From assembly GCA_963716255.1 (NCBI GenBank), contig OY970303.1, forward strand, positions 5,408,001 through 5,472,000: a stretch of DNA of 64,000 bases, given 5' to 3'. Position numbers and translations under genes: made by a program. Below the pieces are notes generated by a model. It saw only the letters and a list, made by a program, of their open reading frames with translations. It was not told where the DNA came from and did not search any database. The stretch's first letter is position 1. Each line of letters begins with the position of its first letter. The DNA is from an uncultured Gemmatimonadales bacterium. GTDB taxonomy: Bacteria; Gemmatimonadota; Gemmatimonadetes; Longimicrobiales; Longimicrobiaceae. Below are positions 1-10,785 of this stretch, piece by piece.

Positions 1-646
1 ACAACTCGGGTCGGTGAGTAGCGGCAAGGGCGGCAGTGAAAGCGATTGGCACCTCCAATTCAAGGGTAATGCTTTCCAGCGGTGCCGTGGTACCGATTCG
101 CACGCGCAGTTCGTGGGCGACCCGGGGCCCGGCTCGGTACTGCTCGCCGGTGACGGAGTAGTCCACCTCGACTTCCGGCGCACGGGTCACCTCCACCGTC
201 ACCGGCTGCGGGGAGGCAAATGCGCCTTTGGGCACCACTACGCCTCCCGCGCCCCTCACCCGCACTTCACCGCCGGCCGTCTGAACGGTCACGGTCTGGC
301 GCAGCGTGAGGGCTAAATTGGCGCTACCGGATTTTCCCTCTGTGGTTGCCATGATGGTGACGTTCCCCGCTGCTAGCGCGCGGACTATCCCGCCGGAATC
401 CACTGTGGCGCGCGTGGTGTCGCTAGAGGTCCACTGGAACGTTTGGCCCTGAAGGGGACGTCCGTTCTGGTCCTGTGCCGTGGCCGTTAAACGGATGCTG
501 TCCTGAACCGCGTGCAGTTCTGCCGTACTCGGACTCACGGCAACCGAAACAAGGATCGGCGGCGATTGGCGGGTAGGCGATTCGGCGCATGCGCTGACGA
601 CAACAGCCAGGACGACCATCCAACGCCCAGATACGAGTGAGTTCAT
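1..646 (-). CDS. Lipoprotein with bacterial Ig-like (Big_2-type) domain; partial, runs off the window start
   Basis: Absent from the ORF track; translated by hand from ATG at 646: MNSLVSGRWMVVLAVVVSAC (lipobox), then VSVAVSPS...LTATAQDQNGRPLQGQTFQWTSSDTTRATVDSGGIVRALAAGNVTIMATTEGKSGSA (Big_2 pattern). No stop before base 1. Confidence 0.8.
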   Translation of the reverse strand, partial: MNSLVSGRWMVVLAVVVSACAESPTRQSPPILVSVAVSPSTAELHAVQDSIRLTATAQDQNGRPLQGQTFQWTSSDTTRATVDSGGIVRALAAGNVTIMATTEGKSGSANLALTLRQTVTVQTAGGEVRVRGAGGVVVPKGAFASPQPVTVEVTRAPEVEVDYSVTGEQYRAGPRVAHELRVRIGTTAPLESITLELEVPIAFTAALAATHRPEL

Positions 647-1285
647 GATTTTGCTGATCCTTGCGCGCAGATTTTAAGGTTACACTCGGTGAGCGGCGGG
701 TACGTCACCGTGATTCACATCCTAAGCATGCGAAGTGATGGTTGATCAACGTCCAGATCCTAGTTGCATCAACATCTGCACACGATGGCCGTGTGCCAGA
801 GCGCCTGGCCGGGCACTGAGGTACCGCTATCGAGTGTCTAGTGTGTAGTCGCCCGCGCCGCCGCCTCCTGCCACATCGCGCGTCCCACTTCCTGCCGCAC
901 CGTCGTTCGCCGCCAACTCATTGCTGTCTCGCAGCCCCACCGTTCCCCGTTCCTTCTCTTGCTGGCGACACTATGACTCCCCTTCCCACCTAGATAGCCG
1001 CCTATCAGCCGAGGCTGTCGCCCGACACGGGGTGGGGGAGCGCCCTCGCTGCGCACGCTAACCCCGCTTCCGAAGGGTTTCACCTCAAGGACGGCCTGAG
1101 TCTGTGTTCCTGGGCCTCATGATCGGCGCTCCGGCGACTGAGTGTCAGTCGCGGACCGTAGGGGTGATTCGGTAAACTTTACCGAATCTTCGCTGACCGC
1201 AGCGTTCGTCGGTACTCAGGCAGTTTCGCAATGGGAGTACTTGGTGTCAATGCTCACGTGATCCGCGAGCCGATGAACGAACTCG

Positions 1286-2324
1286 GTGTGCGATCCCGTG
1301 CCCGGGAGAACGGATCGCCAGAGGCGCCCTCTGCGTGGCGATACGCTCAGAGATCGCGCTCAGCGACTTGTCGGCGCTTGGCGTCGACTTCCTGACCCGC
1401 GTCACCCGCCTGGTGAACGAGGCCACGCGGCAGCTCGCAGTCTCAGTTCTGATTCTCCTCCAGCTCGTGGAGAAGACCAATGCGCCCGCGGCAAAGGAGG
1501 TGCGACCGTGACCGGCAGCAGGGTGCTATACGGGATCGCGAACTGGCTTCGGCAGGAAGCGTTGATCCCGGAGACGGCCGCGCAGCCGAAGCGCAACTGG
1601 AAGGTGCGGCTCAAACTGGAGTGGCAGACGTTGACGGGCCGCAACGTCGAATCGCAGCGGCCCCGTCACACGGTGGCAGAGGTGGCGGCGATCTTCGCCG
1701 CTCTCCCGGAAGCCGATCCGCATCTGTGGCTGCTGATCGAGCTTGCGGCGGAGCTGCGGGCCGGGCAGGCGGTCCGGGCGAAGCGCTCCGATCTGGTGTT
1801 GGCGCCTGTCGGCGGGTTCGACCTCGGCCGCGTTGTGGTCCACGGCCAGGGGGAAGAAGCACGGCGAGGTCGTGGACCTGCACCCGGAGCTTCGCACACT
1901 GGTAGACGAAATGCTGTACTCCGGGTACCTGTCGGACGCGGAGGCGGCGTTTCGGCGCGGCGAGGTGGAGGACTACTAACTGTTCCCGGCCGGGCGCCTG
2001 AAAGGCGGGAAGGCCCTACCGGAGCGGTGCCAGGGGCAGCCGCTTGGTTCAACGGCGATCCGGGCCATGTCCCGGACGGTGGAAGCGGCGGCGGGGGTGA
2101 AGCACCAGCCGGGCCGCTCATTCTACGGGCTGCGGAGGCAGGCGACCGACCTGGCCACGGAGTTCGCGCAGGACGTCCGCGTGCTGAACCGGCTCACCGG
2201 GCACCTGGACAGCTCGACGCGCGAACGGGTTTACCAGAACCCCCAGAACGAATTGGTGCGGGCTCGGGCCGCGCAGGCTCGGCGGAGCATGCGGCAGCAC
2301 CTGGGGAAGGGACACGCCGCGTGA
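1286..2324 (+). pseudogene. Tyrosine recombinase/integrase pseudogene (start uncertain)
   Basis: Catalytic motifs spread over two frames: LAAELRAGQ (R), FYGLRR (HxxR-like), LTGH, RVYQ (Y). Frameshift near 1846-1853 and in-frame TAA at 1977-1979. Lies next to the 3' end of tRNA-Pro. Confidence 0.8.
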
Positions 2325-2367
2325 GGGAGAGTTATCCCAGACCTATCCCACCCCGGCCAGGAAAGCG

Positions 2368-2400
2368 AAAGGCCCCAGCAACGCAAACGTTGCCAGGGCC
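2368..2400 (-). terminator. Hairpin/putative terminator downstream of tRNA-Pro
   Basis: Imperfect inverted repeat GGCCC..GCAACG-CAAA-CGTTGC..GGGCC, followed by a short T run on the minus strand. Confidence 0.45.
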
Positions 2401-2413
2401 TCCACTTACCAAG

Positions 2414-2487
2414 TCGGGACGGCGGGATTTGAACCCGCGACCCCCTGAACCCCATTCAGGTACGCTACCGGGCTGCGCCACGTCCCG
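2414..2487 (-). tRNA. tRNA-Pro(GGG)
   Basis: Minus strand CGGGACGTGGCGCAGCCCGGTAGCG...CCTGA-ATGGGGT-TCAGG...GGTTCAAATCC...CGTCCCGA forms a cloverleaf with anticodon GGG. CCA not encoded. Confidence 0.95.
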
Positions 2488-2565
2488 AGCCGACTTCCCG
2501 GCCCGCGCGCACCGGCGAACCAATGCGGCGGGGAGCAAATAAGGTAGCCCGGAACGCCCGTTCCG

Positions 2566-4425
2566 TCAACCCCCGGCGGGGCCCTGCGGCGCCCCGCTGC
2601 CCTCACCCTCGCGGAGCCCCAGCCAGCTCCGGAAGATCTCCGTCTGGAGCGCCGTGGGCTCCTGCACGCGCCGCAGCACCTGCCGGATCGACGGGGCGCG
2701 CTCCAGGCGCACGGGCAGGGTCAGCAGCTCGTCGCGCCGGAACACGGTGATCTGCACCACGTCCCCCGGTTCCCGCTCCATCACCCGTGCCGGGAGGTCG
2801 CGCGCGCCCACGCGCAGCCCGTCCAGCGCAACGAGCTCGTCGCCCGCGTTGATCCCCGCCGCGTACGCGGGGCTCCCCGACACCACGGCGCCCACCAGCG
2901 CCCGCCCCGCCTCCTCCTTGACGCGGATCCCCAGCGAGATGGGCGGCGGCGCCGGCCCCGCGGGCCCGCCGCCGGGGCCAGCCGGACCCCCCGCCGCCGG
3001 CACGGCGGGCGCGGGCGTAGGCCCCGGTCCGCCGGGCATCACCGGCATGGCCGGGGGTGCCGCCAGCTCCAGCCCCGCCGCGGCCAGGGGGCCGTCGAAG
3101 TCCAGCTCCTCGGTGCTGCGGAGCGCCGTCTCGAAGAAGGCGTCCAGGCGGTCGCCGCACACCTCCGCCACCACGTCCTGGATCCCCTCCTCCGGGAAGC
3201 CCACGTCCGTCAGCCCGTAGCGCTGCCACAGGATGCGCAGAACGTCGTCCAGCGAGCGCCGGTTGCGGGTGATCTCCCGGATCCGCAGGTCCAGGAGCAT
3301 CGCCACCATGGCGCCCTTGTGGTAGTACGACACGGTGACGTTGGGCGTGTTCTCGTCCTGGCGGTAGTACTTGATCCAGGCGTCGAACGACGCGTCCTCC
3401 AGCGACTGCTCCAGGCGGCCGGGGAGCGTCTGGAGCAGGGCGGCGGCCCCGCCCGTCCGCTCCAGGAAGCGCTGCGGCGGCATCACCCCCGCGCGGCGCA
3501 GGAGCACGTCCGTGTAGTAGGTGGTGAATCCCTCCACGATCCACAGGCTGCGGGTGTAGTTCTCCCGCGTGTAGTCGAAGGGGCCCAGCGTCTCCGGGCG
3601 GATCCGCTTGCCGTTCCAGACGTGGAAGAACTCGTGCGCCGCCAGCACGATCGCCCGCTCGTACTCCATGCCGCGGAAGCCCCAGCGGTCGATGACGATG
3701 GAGGTGGAGTTGCGGTGCTCCAGCCCCCCGTACTGACCCGGGACGACGTGCAGGAAGAAGGTGTACTCGTCGTACGGCAGTTCCCCGCCGAAGAGCTCGC
3801 GGGTGGCCGCCACCACCTTGCGGGTGTCCTCCACCAGCCGGTCCATCTGCTGGTTGCCGCGGCCCCACACGGCGTAGCGGTGCGTGCGCCCCTCCTGTTC
3901 CCATTCCACGATCTCGTGCGTCCCCATCTCCACGGGGCAGTCCACCAGCTCGTCGTAGTCCGCGGCGCGGAACACGTCCGGCCGCTCCGTCTTCCCCAGC
4001 CCGGTGGTGATCGTCCACCCCTCCGGCGCCTCGATCTCCAGGCGCACCGGGTCGCGCTCCCGGCCCGCGGCGTACAGAAAGGTGCTCGCGCCATTCACGT
4101 ACCCGTGCGACGCGTCCAGGTGGCTGCTCCGCACCGACAGCTCGTGGGCGTACACCCGGTAGCGCACCCGCAGCGTACCGTCCGCAGGGGCGTCCACGCG
4201 CCACGTCTGCTTGTCCGCACGGGTCCAGCGCAGCGGCGCGCCCGCTCCGTCCTCCGCGCGCAGCGACAGCACGTGACGCGCGAACTCGCGGACCATGTAC
4301 GAGCCCGGCGTCCAGGTGGGCATCACCAGCTCCACGGGACCGTGCACGCCCTCCACCCGCATCTCCACCCCGAAGAGGTGGGAGTGCGGCTCCGGCATTG
4401 TCAGGCGGTAAATAATCTCCGACAT
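2566..4425 (-). CDS. M61 family glycyl aminopeptidase-like metallopeptidase with C-terminal PDZ domain
   Basis: MPTWTPGSY N-terminus, GGLEH and AHEFFHVWN motifs, SYYHKG, PDZ signature GSPAYAAGINAGDELVALDG. Confidence 0.92.
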   Translation of the reverse strand: MSEIIYRLTMPEPHSHLFGVEMRVEGVHGPVELVMPTWTPGSYMVREFARHVLSLRAEDGAGAPLRWTRADKQTWRVDAPADGTLRVRYRVYAHELSVRSSHLDASHGYVNGASTFLYAAGRERDPVRLEIEAPEGWTITTGLGKTERPDVFRAADYDELVDCPVEMGTHEIVEWEQEGRTHRYAVWGRGNQQMDRLVEDTRKVVAATRELFGGELPYDEYTFFLHVVPGQYGGLEHRNSTSIVIDRWGFRGMEYERAIVLAAHEFFHVWNGKRIRPETLGPFDYTRENYTRSLWIVEGFTTYYTDVLLRRAGVMPPQRFLERTGGAAALLQTLPGRLEQSLEDASFDAWIKYYRQDENTPNVTVSYYHKGAMVAMLLDLRIREITRNRRSLDDVLRILWQRYGLTDVGFPEEGIQDVVAEVCGDRLDAFFETALRSTEELDFDGPLAAAGLELAAPPAMPVMPGGPGPTPAPAVPAAGGPAGPGGGPAGPAPPPISLGIRVKEEAGRALVGAVVSGSPAYAAGINAGDELVALDGLRVGARDLPARVMEREPGDVVQITVFRRDELLTLPVRLERAPSIRQVLRRVQEPTALQTEIFRSWLGLREGEGSGAPQGPAGG

Positions 4426-4516
4426 GGCGGCCAAGGTCCGGAAAGGGTGCGGGTGACGGCGAGCGGGAAAGAAGCCGGGGGGCGGGCCGGGTGTCCCGGC
4501 CCACCCCCCGGAGGCG

Positions 4517-5545
<1,029 letters not shown>

Positions 5546-5609
5546 CCGGTGTTTCCGCTTTCTCGCGGTGTCGCGTTGATTGGGTGAGCGGCGGGCGCGC
5601 CGCCGGAGG

Positions 5610-5975
5610 TCAGCCCGGGGCCGCCTTTTCGCGGATCGCCCCATCCAGGACCTGCTTGACGCGGGCCAGCGGCCACGCCTCCAGCGCCCCGCGCGCCTCC
5701 GCCTCGGTCCGGCCCCGCTCCAGGTCGCCGGTCTCCAGGTGGCCCATAACCGCCGTGCCGTTCCGGGACCAGCGCACGAACACCAGGTACGCGGCCACGG
5801 GCTCCTCCGCGCCGTCCGCGGCGTCGGTCTCCACGGCCACCGTGTACGGCTCCCCGTCCGCGCCCTCGAACGCGGCCGAGCGGCCGTGCACGGCGAAGTA
5901 GCCGCCCAGCGTCGTGTCGTCCACCCCTTCCGGGGCGACGGGGTTCAGCCGGTCCTCGGATCCCCTGAAGAACAT
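5610..5975 (-). CDS. Hypothetical protein (121 aa)
   Basis: C-terminal part of ORF 5610..7955 from ATG 5975 (MFFRGSEDRL...); GC3-rich codons and protein-like composition. Confidence 0.65.
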   Translation of the reverse strand: MFFRGSEDRLNPVAPEGVDDTTLGGYFAVHGRSAAFEGADGEPYTVAVETDAADGAEEPVAAYLVFVRWSRNGTAVMGHLETGDLERGRTEAEARGALEAWPLARVKQVLDGAIREKAAPG

Positions 5976-6097
5976 GGGCGGCAAGGTACGTCCGGCCGCC
6001 GCTCCCCACAAGCCCGGTCCAGCCTCGTAATTGCAGGCGCGCCGCGACGGGTCTAGCTTGTTGCGCCGTGTCCGGAACGGCACTGATCTACCGCGGA

Positions 6098-6232
6098 TTC
6101 GGGCGTGCCCCCGGCTGGCGCCGGGGTCGGGCTTCGGCTCCGTAGGGCCGCAAACAACGCAGCCCAACGGAGTCGAGCCCCGCGAAACTGCCCGCGGGTC
6201 TCGCCCCTTCGGGCCGAAATCCCTCACGCGGG
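6098..6232 (+). repeat. Structured dispersed repeat, copy 1
   Basis: Aligns with 8889-9027 (-), 13467-13602 (-) and 51526-51664 (+): GGGCGTGCCCCC...GGGGTCGGGCTTCGGCTCCGTA...AACGGAGTCGAG...GGGTCTCGCCCCTTCGGGCCGAAATCCCTCACGCGG. Confidence 0.92.
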
Positions 6233-6287
6233 GCTCGCACTGGCGTCCGCCGGAGGGGGAGCACTGCGCGGCCCTCCCGCCGTTCTG

Positions 6288-6344
6288 CCCCCTCTCCCGG
6301 AGTTCGGAGAGGGCGGCGAGCCTCAAGCGAGCCGGGGGAGGGCC
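6288..6344 (+). repeat. Palindromic REP-like unit (CCCTCTCCC..GGAGAGGG family)
   Basis: Similar to 13391-13444; both share GGCGAGCCT(C)AAGCGAGCCGGG..GGGCC. Confidence 0.7.
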
Positions 6345-6355
6345 GTAGCTGCAGG

Positions 6356-6387
6356 CTGTTCCCTGTTTCCTGTTCCCTGTTCCCTGT
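6356..6387. repeat. Heptamer tandem repeat (CTGTTCC) x ~4
   Basis: ctgttccctgtttcctgttccctgttccctgt directly upstream of the ADH start; related units at 7420-7540. Confidence 0.7.
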
Positions 6388-6395
6388 CGTTTCCC

Positions 6396-7421
6396 ATGCG
6401 CGCGGCGATCTTTTACGAGAACGGCGGGCCCGAGGTGGTCCGCATCGAAGACGTTCCCCGGCCGGCGGCCGGGCCCGGCGAGGTGCTGGTGCGGGTGCGG
6501 GCGGCGGCGCTCAACCACCTGGACCTGTGGGTGCGCCGGGGGATCCCCATCGAGACCACCATGCCCCACGTCGGCGGGTCGGACGTGGCGGGCGTGGTCG
6601 AGGAGACGGGCGAGGGCGTGCGGGGGGTGGGGGCGGGGGAGCGGGTGGTGGTGGACCCCTCGCTCTCCTGCGGGCGCTGCGAGTGGTGCGCGGCGGGGGA
6701 GGTGCCGCTCTGTCCCGAGTACCGCATCCTGGGCGAGCACACCGACGGCGGCTTCACCGAGCTGGTGGCGGTGCCGGCCGCGAACGTGTACCGCATTCCC
6801 GACGCCCTGTCGTTCGAGGCGGCGGCCGCGCTCCCCGTGTCGTACATGACGGCGTGGCGGGCGGTGGTGGGGCGGGGGCGGGTGCGCCCCGGCGAGGACG
6901 TGCTGGTGCTGGGCGCCTCCGGCGGCACCGCTTCCGCCGCCGTGCAGGTGGCCAAGCTGGCGGGGGCGCGGGTGTTCGCGGTGACGAGCGGGGCTGAGAA
7001 CGTGGCGCGTGTCCGCGCGCTGGGGGCGGACGTGGTCTACGACCGCGACGAAACGGACTTCAGCAGGCAGGTGTTCCAGGACACCGGCAGGCGCGGGGTG
7101 GACGTGGTGGTGGAGAACGTGGGGGAGGCCACCTGGAAGGGGAGCGTCCGCGCGCTGGCCCGCGGCGGGCGCCTGGTGTGCTACGGCGCCACCACCGGCC
7201 CGCGCGGCGACATCGACCTGCGGGTGCTTTTCTGGAAGCAGGTGGAGATCATCGGCACCACCATGGCGTCGCGCCCCGAGTTCCAGGCCATGCTGCGCGC
7301 CGCCTTCCGCGGCGACCTGGTGCCCGTCATCGACAGCGTGATGCCGCTGGAGCAGGCCCGCGAGGCCCACGAGCGCCTGGAGGCCGGCGGGCAGTTCGGC
7401 AAGATCATCCTGGTGCCATAG
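6396..7421 (+). CDS. Zinc-binding alcohol dehydrogenase / MDR family oxidoreductase
   Basis: GGPEVV, LNHLD, structural Zn motif CGRCEWC...C, GASGG nucleotide-binding motif, FGKIILVP end. Confidence 0.92.
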   Translation: MRAAIFYENGGPEVVRIEDVPRPAAGPGEVLVRVRAAALNHLDLWVRRGIPIETTMPHVGGSDVAGVVEETGEGVRGVGAGERVVVDPSLSCGRCEWCAAGEVPLCPEYRILGEHTDGGFTELVAVPAANVYRIPDALSFEAAAALPVSYMTAWRAVVGRGRVRPGEDVLVLGASGGTASAAVQVAKLAGARVFAVTSGAENVARVRALGADVVYDRDETDFSRQVFQDTGRRGVDVVVENVGEATWKGSVRALARGGRLVCYGATTGPRGDIDLRVLFWKQVEIIGTTMASRPEFQAMLRAAFRGDLVPVIDSVMPLEQAREAHERLEAGGQFGKIILVP

Positions 7422-7609
7422 GGAACAGGGAATCCCCGCCCGGCCCTTCCACCACCCAAGGGAACAGCCCCCAACGACAACCGCCCGGAAGCCGTTGGCC
7501 TCTCGCAGGCTGTTCCCTGTTCCTATCCCCTTTTCCCTATCTCCCCAAACGTCTGGCGGCGCCGCTCCCGGAGGGGATCGGCGCCGCCGCCCGTCTCCGC
7601 CCGGTCCGG

Positions 7610-7825
7610 CTACTCGTCGACGCGCTTGACCGAAGCCGCCCGGGGGCCCTTCGGGTCGTCCACGATCTCGAACTCCACCCGGTCCCCGCGCTTCAGCGAC
7701 TTGAAACCTTCCATCTCGATCGAGGAGTGGTGCACGAAGACATCCTTTCCCCCGTCGTCCGGACGAATGAAGCCGAAGCCCTTGTCGTCCTTGAAGAATT
7801 CCACGATGCCAGTCTGTCGAGCCAT
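7610..7825 (-). CDS. Cold-shock protein
   Basis: KGFGFI (RNP1), DVFVHHSSI (RNP2), GFKSL, KGPRA; RBS GGAGG. Confidence 0.95.
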   Translation of the reverse strand: MARQTGIVEFFKDDKGFGFIRPDDGGKDVFVHHSSIEMEGFKSLKRGDRVEFEIVDDPKGPRAASVKRVDE

Positions 7826-7958
7826 GGTGCCTCCGCTGTGACGGAACCGGACGGATGCCGCGGCGCCGCCCCGTCCAACGGCGCCCCGGTCTGCTTACAC
7901 GGCGGGTCACAGCAAAGAACGTTCCGCACCTCTCGGCCCATCCCGTGGGCCACAAAAA

Positions 7959-8813
7959 TCAACTGTTTGCCGGCGGCCGGGGGGCGCCCGTCAGCTCCAG
8001 CACCGCGACCTCCGGGCGGCACAGGAAGCGCACCGGGAGGTGCACCGTCCCCACCCCGCGCGAGGTGTACACCTGCGTCCAGGGACGGCGCCGCAAACCC
8101 TCTTCGTACAGGTCGTCCCGCTCGGCGGAGTTGCGGATCGCCCCCACCCACGGGAGCCTTACCTGGCCGCCGTGGGTGTGCCCGCTCACGACCAGGTCCA
8201 CCCGGTCGCAGACCCGGCGCGCCCGCTCCGCCTGGTCGGGGTCGTGGGCCAGCAGAAGTGTGAAATCCCGCTGCTCCGGCGGCGGCAGGACGTCCATCCG
8301 CGGGGCCCCCATGGAGTAGTCGTCCACCCCCGCCACGCAGAGCCGCGCGCCCCCCACCTCGCGCACCACGGCGGCGTTGGTCAGGTCCACGATCCGGGGG
8401 TGCCCGCGCACCTGCCGGTGCCAGGTGTTGATCCCCACGATGTAGTCGTGGTTGCCGGGCACCGCGTACACCCCCAGCGGGGCGTCCAGGCACGCCATGG
8501 CCTCCAGCACCCGCCCGAAGTCGCCCGAGCCGTCCGCCGCGAAGTCGCCGGTGAGCGCCACCAGGTGGGGCCGCTCCGCCATGGCCGCCCGGCACGCCCG
8601 CCGGATCAGCGACAGCGGCGTCCCCTCGCCCGCGTGCATGTCGGTGAGCAGCGCGATGCGCAGCCCCTCCAGCGCGGGGTGGAGCCCGCGCACGTGGATG
8701 CGCGGCCGGGTCACCTCCAGCCACCGCGGCTCCACCAGGAAGGCGTACGCGCCGAGGCCCGCCGCGCCCAGCACGGCGGCGGAAAGGATCTTGCGGGCGG
8801 AGGAGATCGGCAT
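7959..8813 (-). CDS. Metallophosphoesterase (YkuE-like)
   Basis: TDMH, TGDF, GNHD, LAHDPD, SGHTHGGQ, SRGVG motifs; N-terminal hydrophobic segment. Confidence 0.92.
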   Translation of the reverse strand: MPISSARKILSAAVLGAAGLGAYAFLVEPRWLEVTRPRIHVRGLHPALEGLRIALLTDMHAGEGTPLSLIRRACRAAMAERPHLVALTGDFAADGSGDFGRVLEAMACLDAPLGVYAVPGNHDYIVGINTWHRQVRGHPRIVDLTNAAVVREVGGARLCVAGVDDYSMGAPRMDVLPPPEQRDFTLLLAHDPDQAERARRVCDRVDLVVSGHTHGGQVRLPWVGAIRNSAERDDLYEEGLRRRPWTQVYTSRGVGTVHLPVRFLCRPEVAVLELTGAPRPPANS

Positions 8814-8888
8814 GCCGGCCGTGCCGTGCAAGCGCCAGACCAGCCGGCTTGCCAGCCCCCGCGCCGCGCTCCATCTTGACGCGCCGGA

Positions 8889-9027
8889 CCCGCGTGAAGG
8901 ATTTCGGCCCGAAGGGGCGAGACCCCAACAGCAGTATCGTGGGGGGCTCGACTCCGTTGCAGACGGTAGTTTCGTCTGCTACGGAGCCGAAGCCCGACCC
9001 CGGCGCGCAGCCGGGGGCACGCCCGAA
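8889..9027 (-). repeat. Structured dispersed repeat, copy 2
   Basis: Reverse complement aligns with copy 1; inner stem GCAGACG/CGTCTGC with loop AAACTAC. Confidence 0.92.
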
Positions 9028-9076
9028 CCCGCCGTCCAGAGCCGTTCCGACGACCACCAGGCATAAAGGAAAACCG

Positions 9077-10558
9077 ATGGCCGAGACAGTCACCGCGCAG
9101 GGCGACGATCGCGCGCTGCTGGAGCAGTCTTCCGTGCGGGCCCTGCTGGACCCGCTCCGGGACGCCGTGCGCGTGCGGGACGGCGTGGTGGAGGTGGCGG
9201 GCGAGGAGGCGCTGCGCGGCGCCGGGATCGAGACGCTGGCGCGCGCCGCCGTCTTCGGCGACGACGCCGACGTGCGCGACACCGCCCGCTGGATCATCGG
9301 CGAGGCGGGGGAGCGGCTGGGGATCCGCCCCGCCTCCATCCACGACCTGTACATGGCCCGCGGCCGCGGCGAGGTGTCCGGCTTCACGGTGCCGGCCATG
9401 AACATCCGCGCGGCCTCGTTCGACACGGCGCGCGCCATGTTCGCGGCCGCCCGCGAGCTCCGGGTGGGCGCACTGATCTGCGAGATCGCCCGCTCCGAGA
9501 TCGGCTACACCGACCAGCGCCCCGCGGAGTACGTGGCGGTGCTCACCGCGGCGGCCATCCGCGAGGGGTGGAGCGGCCCGCTCTTCGTGCAGGGCGACCA
9601 CTTCCAGCTCAACGCCAAGAAGTTCCGCGCCGATCCCCAGGCCGAGACCCGCGCGGTCAAGGACCTGATCAAGGAGGCGATCCACGCCGGCTTCTACAAC
9701 ATCGACATCGACACTTCCACGCTGGTGGAGCTGGACAGGGGCACGCTGGACGAGCAGCAGGCGCTCAACTCGCGCCTGTCCGCCGAGCTGACGGCCTACG
9801 TGCGGCACTACCAGCCGGAGGGGGTCACCATCTCCATCGGCGGCGAGATCGGCGAGGTGGGCACGGAAAACTCCACCCCCGAGGAGCTGCGGGCGTACAT
9901 GGACGGCTACCGGCGCGAGCTGGACCGCATCTCCGGCAAGGACGGGGGACGGCTGGAGGGGCTTTCCAAGATCTCGGTGCAGTCCGGCACCTCGCACGGC
10001 GGCACGGTGCTCCCGGACGGCTCCATCGCCGACGTGGCCATCGACTTCGAGACGCTGCGGGTGCTGTCGCAGATTTCCCGCGACGAGTACGGTCTTTCCG
10101 GGGCGGTGCAGCACGGCGCCTCCACGCTGCCGGCGAGCGCCTTCGGCAAGTTCCCGGAGGTGGAGACCGCGGAGATCCACCTGGCCACCGGCTTCCAGAA
10201 CATGCTGTACGACCACCCGTCGCTCCCCGGCGAGCTGCGCGAGCGGATGTACGAGCACTGCCGGACCAGCTTCCCCGAGGAGCGCAAGCCCACGGACACC
10301 GAGGAGCAGTTCATCTACAAGGCCCGCAAGAAGGCGCTGGGCGCCTTCAAGCGCGACCTGTGGGAGCTGCCCGAGGAGAGCCGCGCGCCGATCCGCGCGA
10401 CGCTGCAGGAGCAGTTCGCCTTCCTCTTCCGGCAGCTGCGGGTGGACGGCACCGTGGACGTGGTGCGCGAGCACGGGGCGGCCCCGGCCCACCGGCGCGC
10501 CGGCCCGAGTGCCCTGCGCATGAAGGCCGCCGCCGACGACTGGGATCTTTCGGACTGA
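9077..10558 (+). CDS. Class II fructose-bisphosphate aldolase family protein (long form)
   Basis: FTVPAMN, QGDH, GGEIGEVG, GTSHGG, VQHGAS motifs; RBS AAGGA before ATG 9077. Confidence 0.85.
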   Translation: MAETVTAQGDDRALLEQSSVRALLDPLRDAVRVRDGVVEVAGEEALRGAGIETLARAAVFGDDADVRDTARWIIGEAGERLGIRPASIHDLYMARGRGEVSGFTVPAMNIRAASFDTARAMFAAARELRVGALICEIARSEIGYTDQRPAEYVAVLTAAAIREGWSGPLFVQGDHFQLNAKKFRADPQAETRAVKDLIKEAIHAGFYNIDIDTSTLVELDRGTLDEQQALNSRLSAELTAYVRHYQPEGVTISIGGEIGEVGTENSTPEELRAYMDGYRRELDRISGKDGGRLEGLSKISVQSGTSHGGTVLPDGSIADVAIDFETLRVLSQISRDEYGLSGAVQHGASTLPASAFGKFPEVETAEIHLATGFQNMLYDHPSLPGELRERMYEHCRTSFPEERKPTDTEEQFIYKARKKALGAFKRDLWELPEESRAPIRATLQEQFAFLFRQLRVDGTVDVVREHGAAPAHRRAGPSALRMKAAADDWDLSD

Positions 10559-10785
10559 CCGCCGCCGGGGCGCAGGCCGCGTCCCCACGGTGTTTTCCGG
10601 CCGGAGCGCCGCCCCCCGGGGCGGCGCTCCGGCCGTTTCCGTCCCCCGCGGGAACGAAACCTGCCTCTCCCGGTGGCGTGAACCGCTCCCACGGCCGCGC
10701 GGCAGGGCTGGCCCCTGCCGCCGCCGGGCCCCGGCCCGTGCGCGAGCGCCCCGACGATCCAGACCGAGCCGGGAGCCCCCCACCG

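Noticed and set aside
650..1285. Short ORFs in the lower-GC stretch (e.g. 838..1083)
   Set aside because: No recognisable motifs or RBS; probably degraded island DNA.
2940..3060. Pro/Gly/Ala-rich stretch in the M61 peptidase
   Set aside because: Ordinary low-complexity linker before the PDZ domain.
6098..6232. Hammerhead ribozyme identity for the structured repeat (GAAAC present)
   Set aside because: No CUGANGA core; the GAAAC-like sequence lies in hairpin loops rather than at a junction.
8849..9076. N-terminal extensions of the aldolase, ADH (6105) and receiver (13535) ORFs that share peptide similarity
   Set aside because: The similarity comes from reading through the non-coding repeat; better starts lie downstream.
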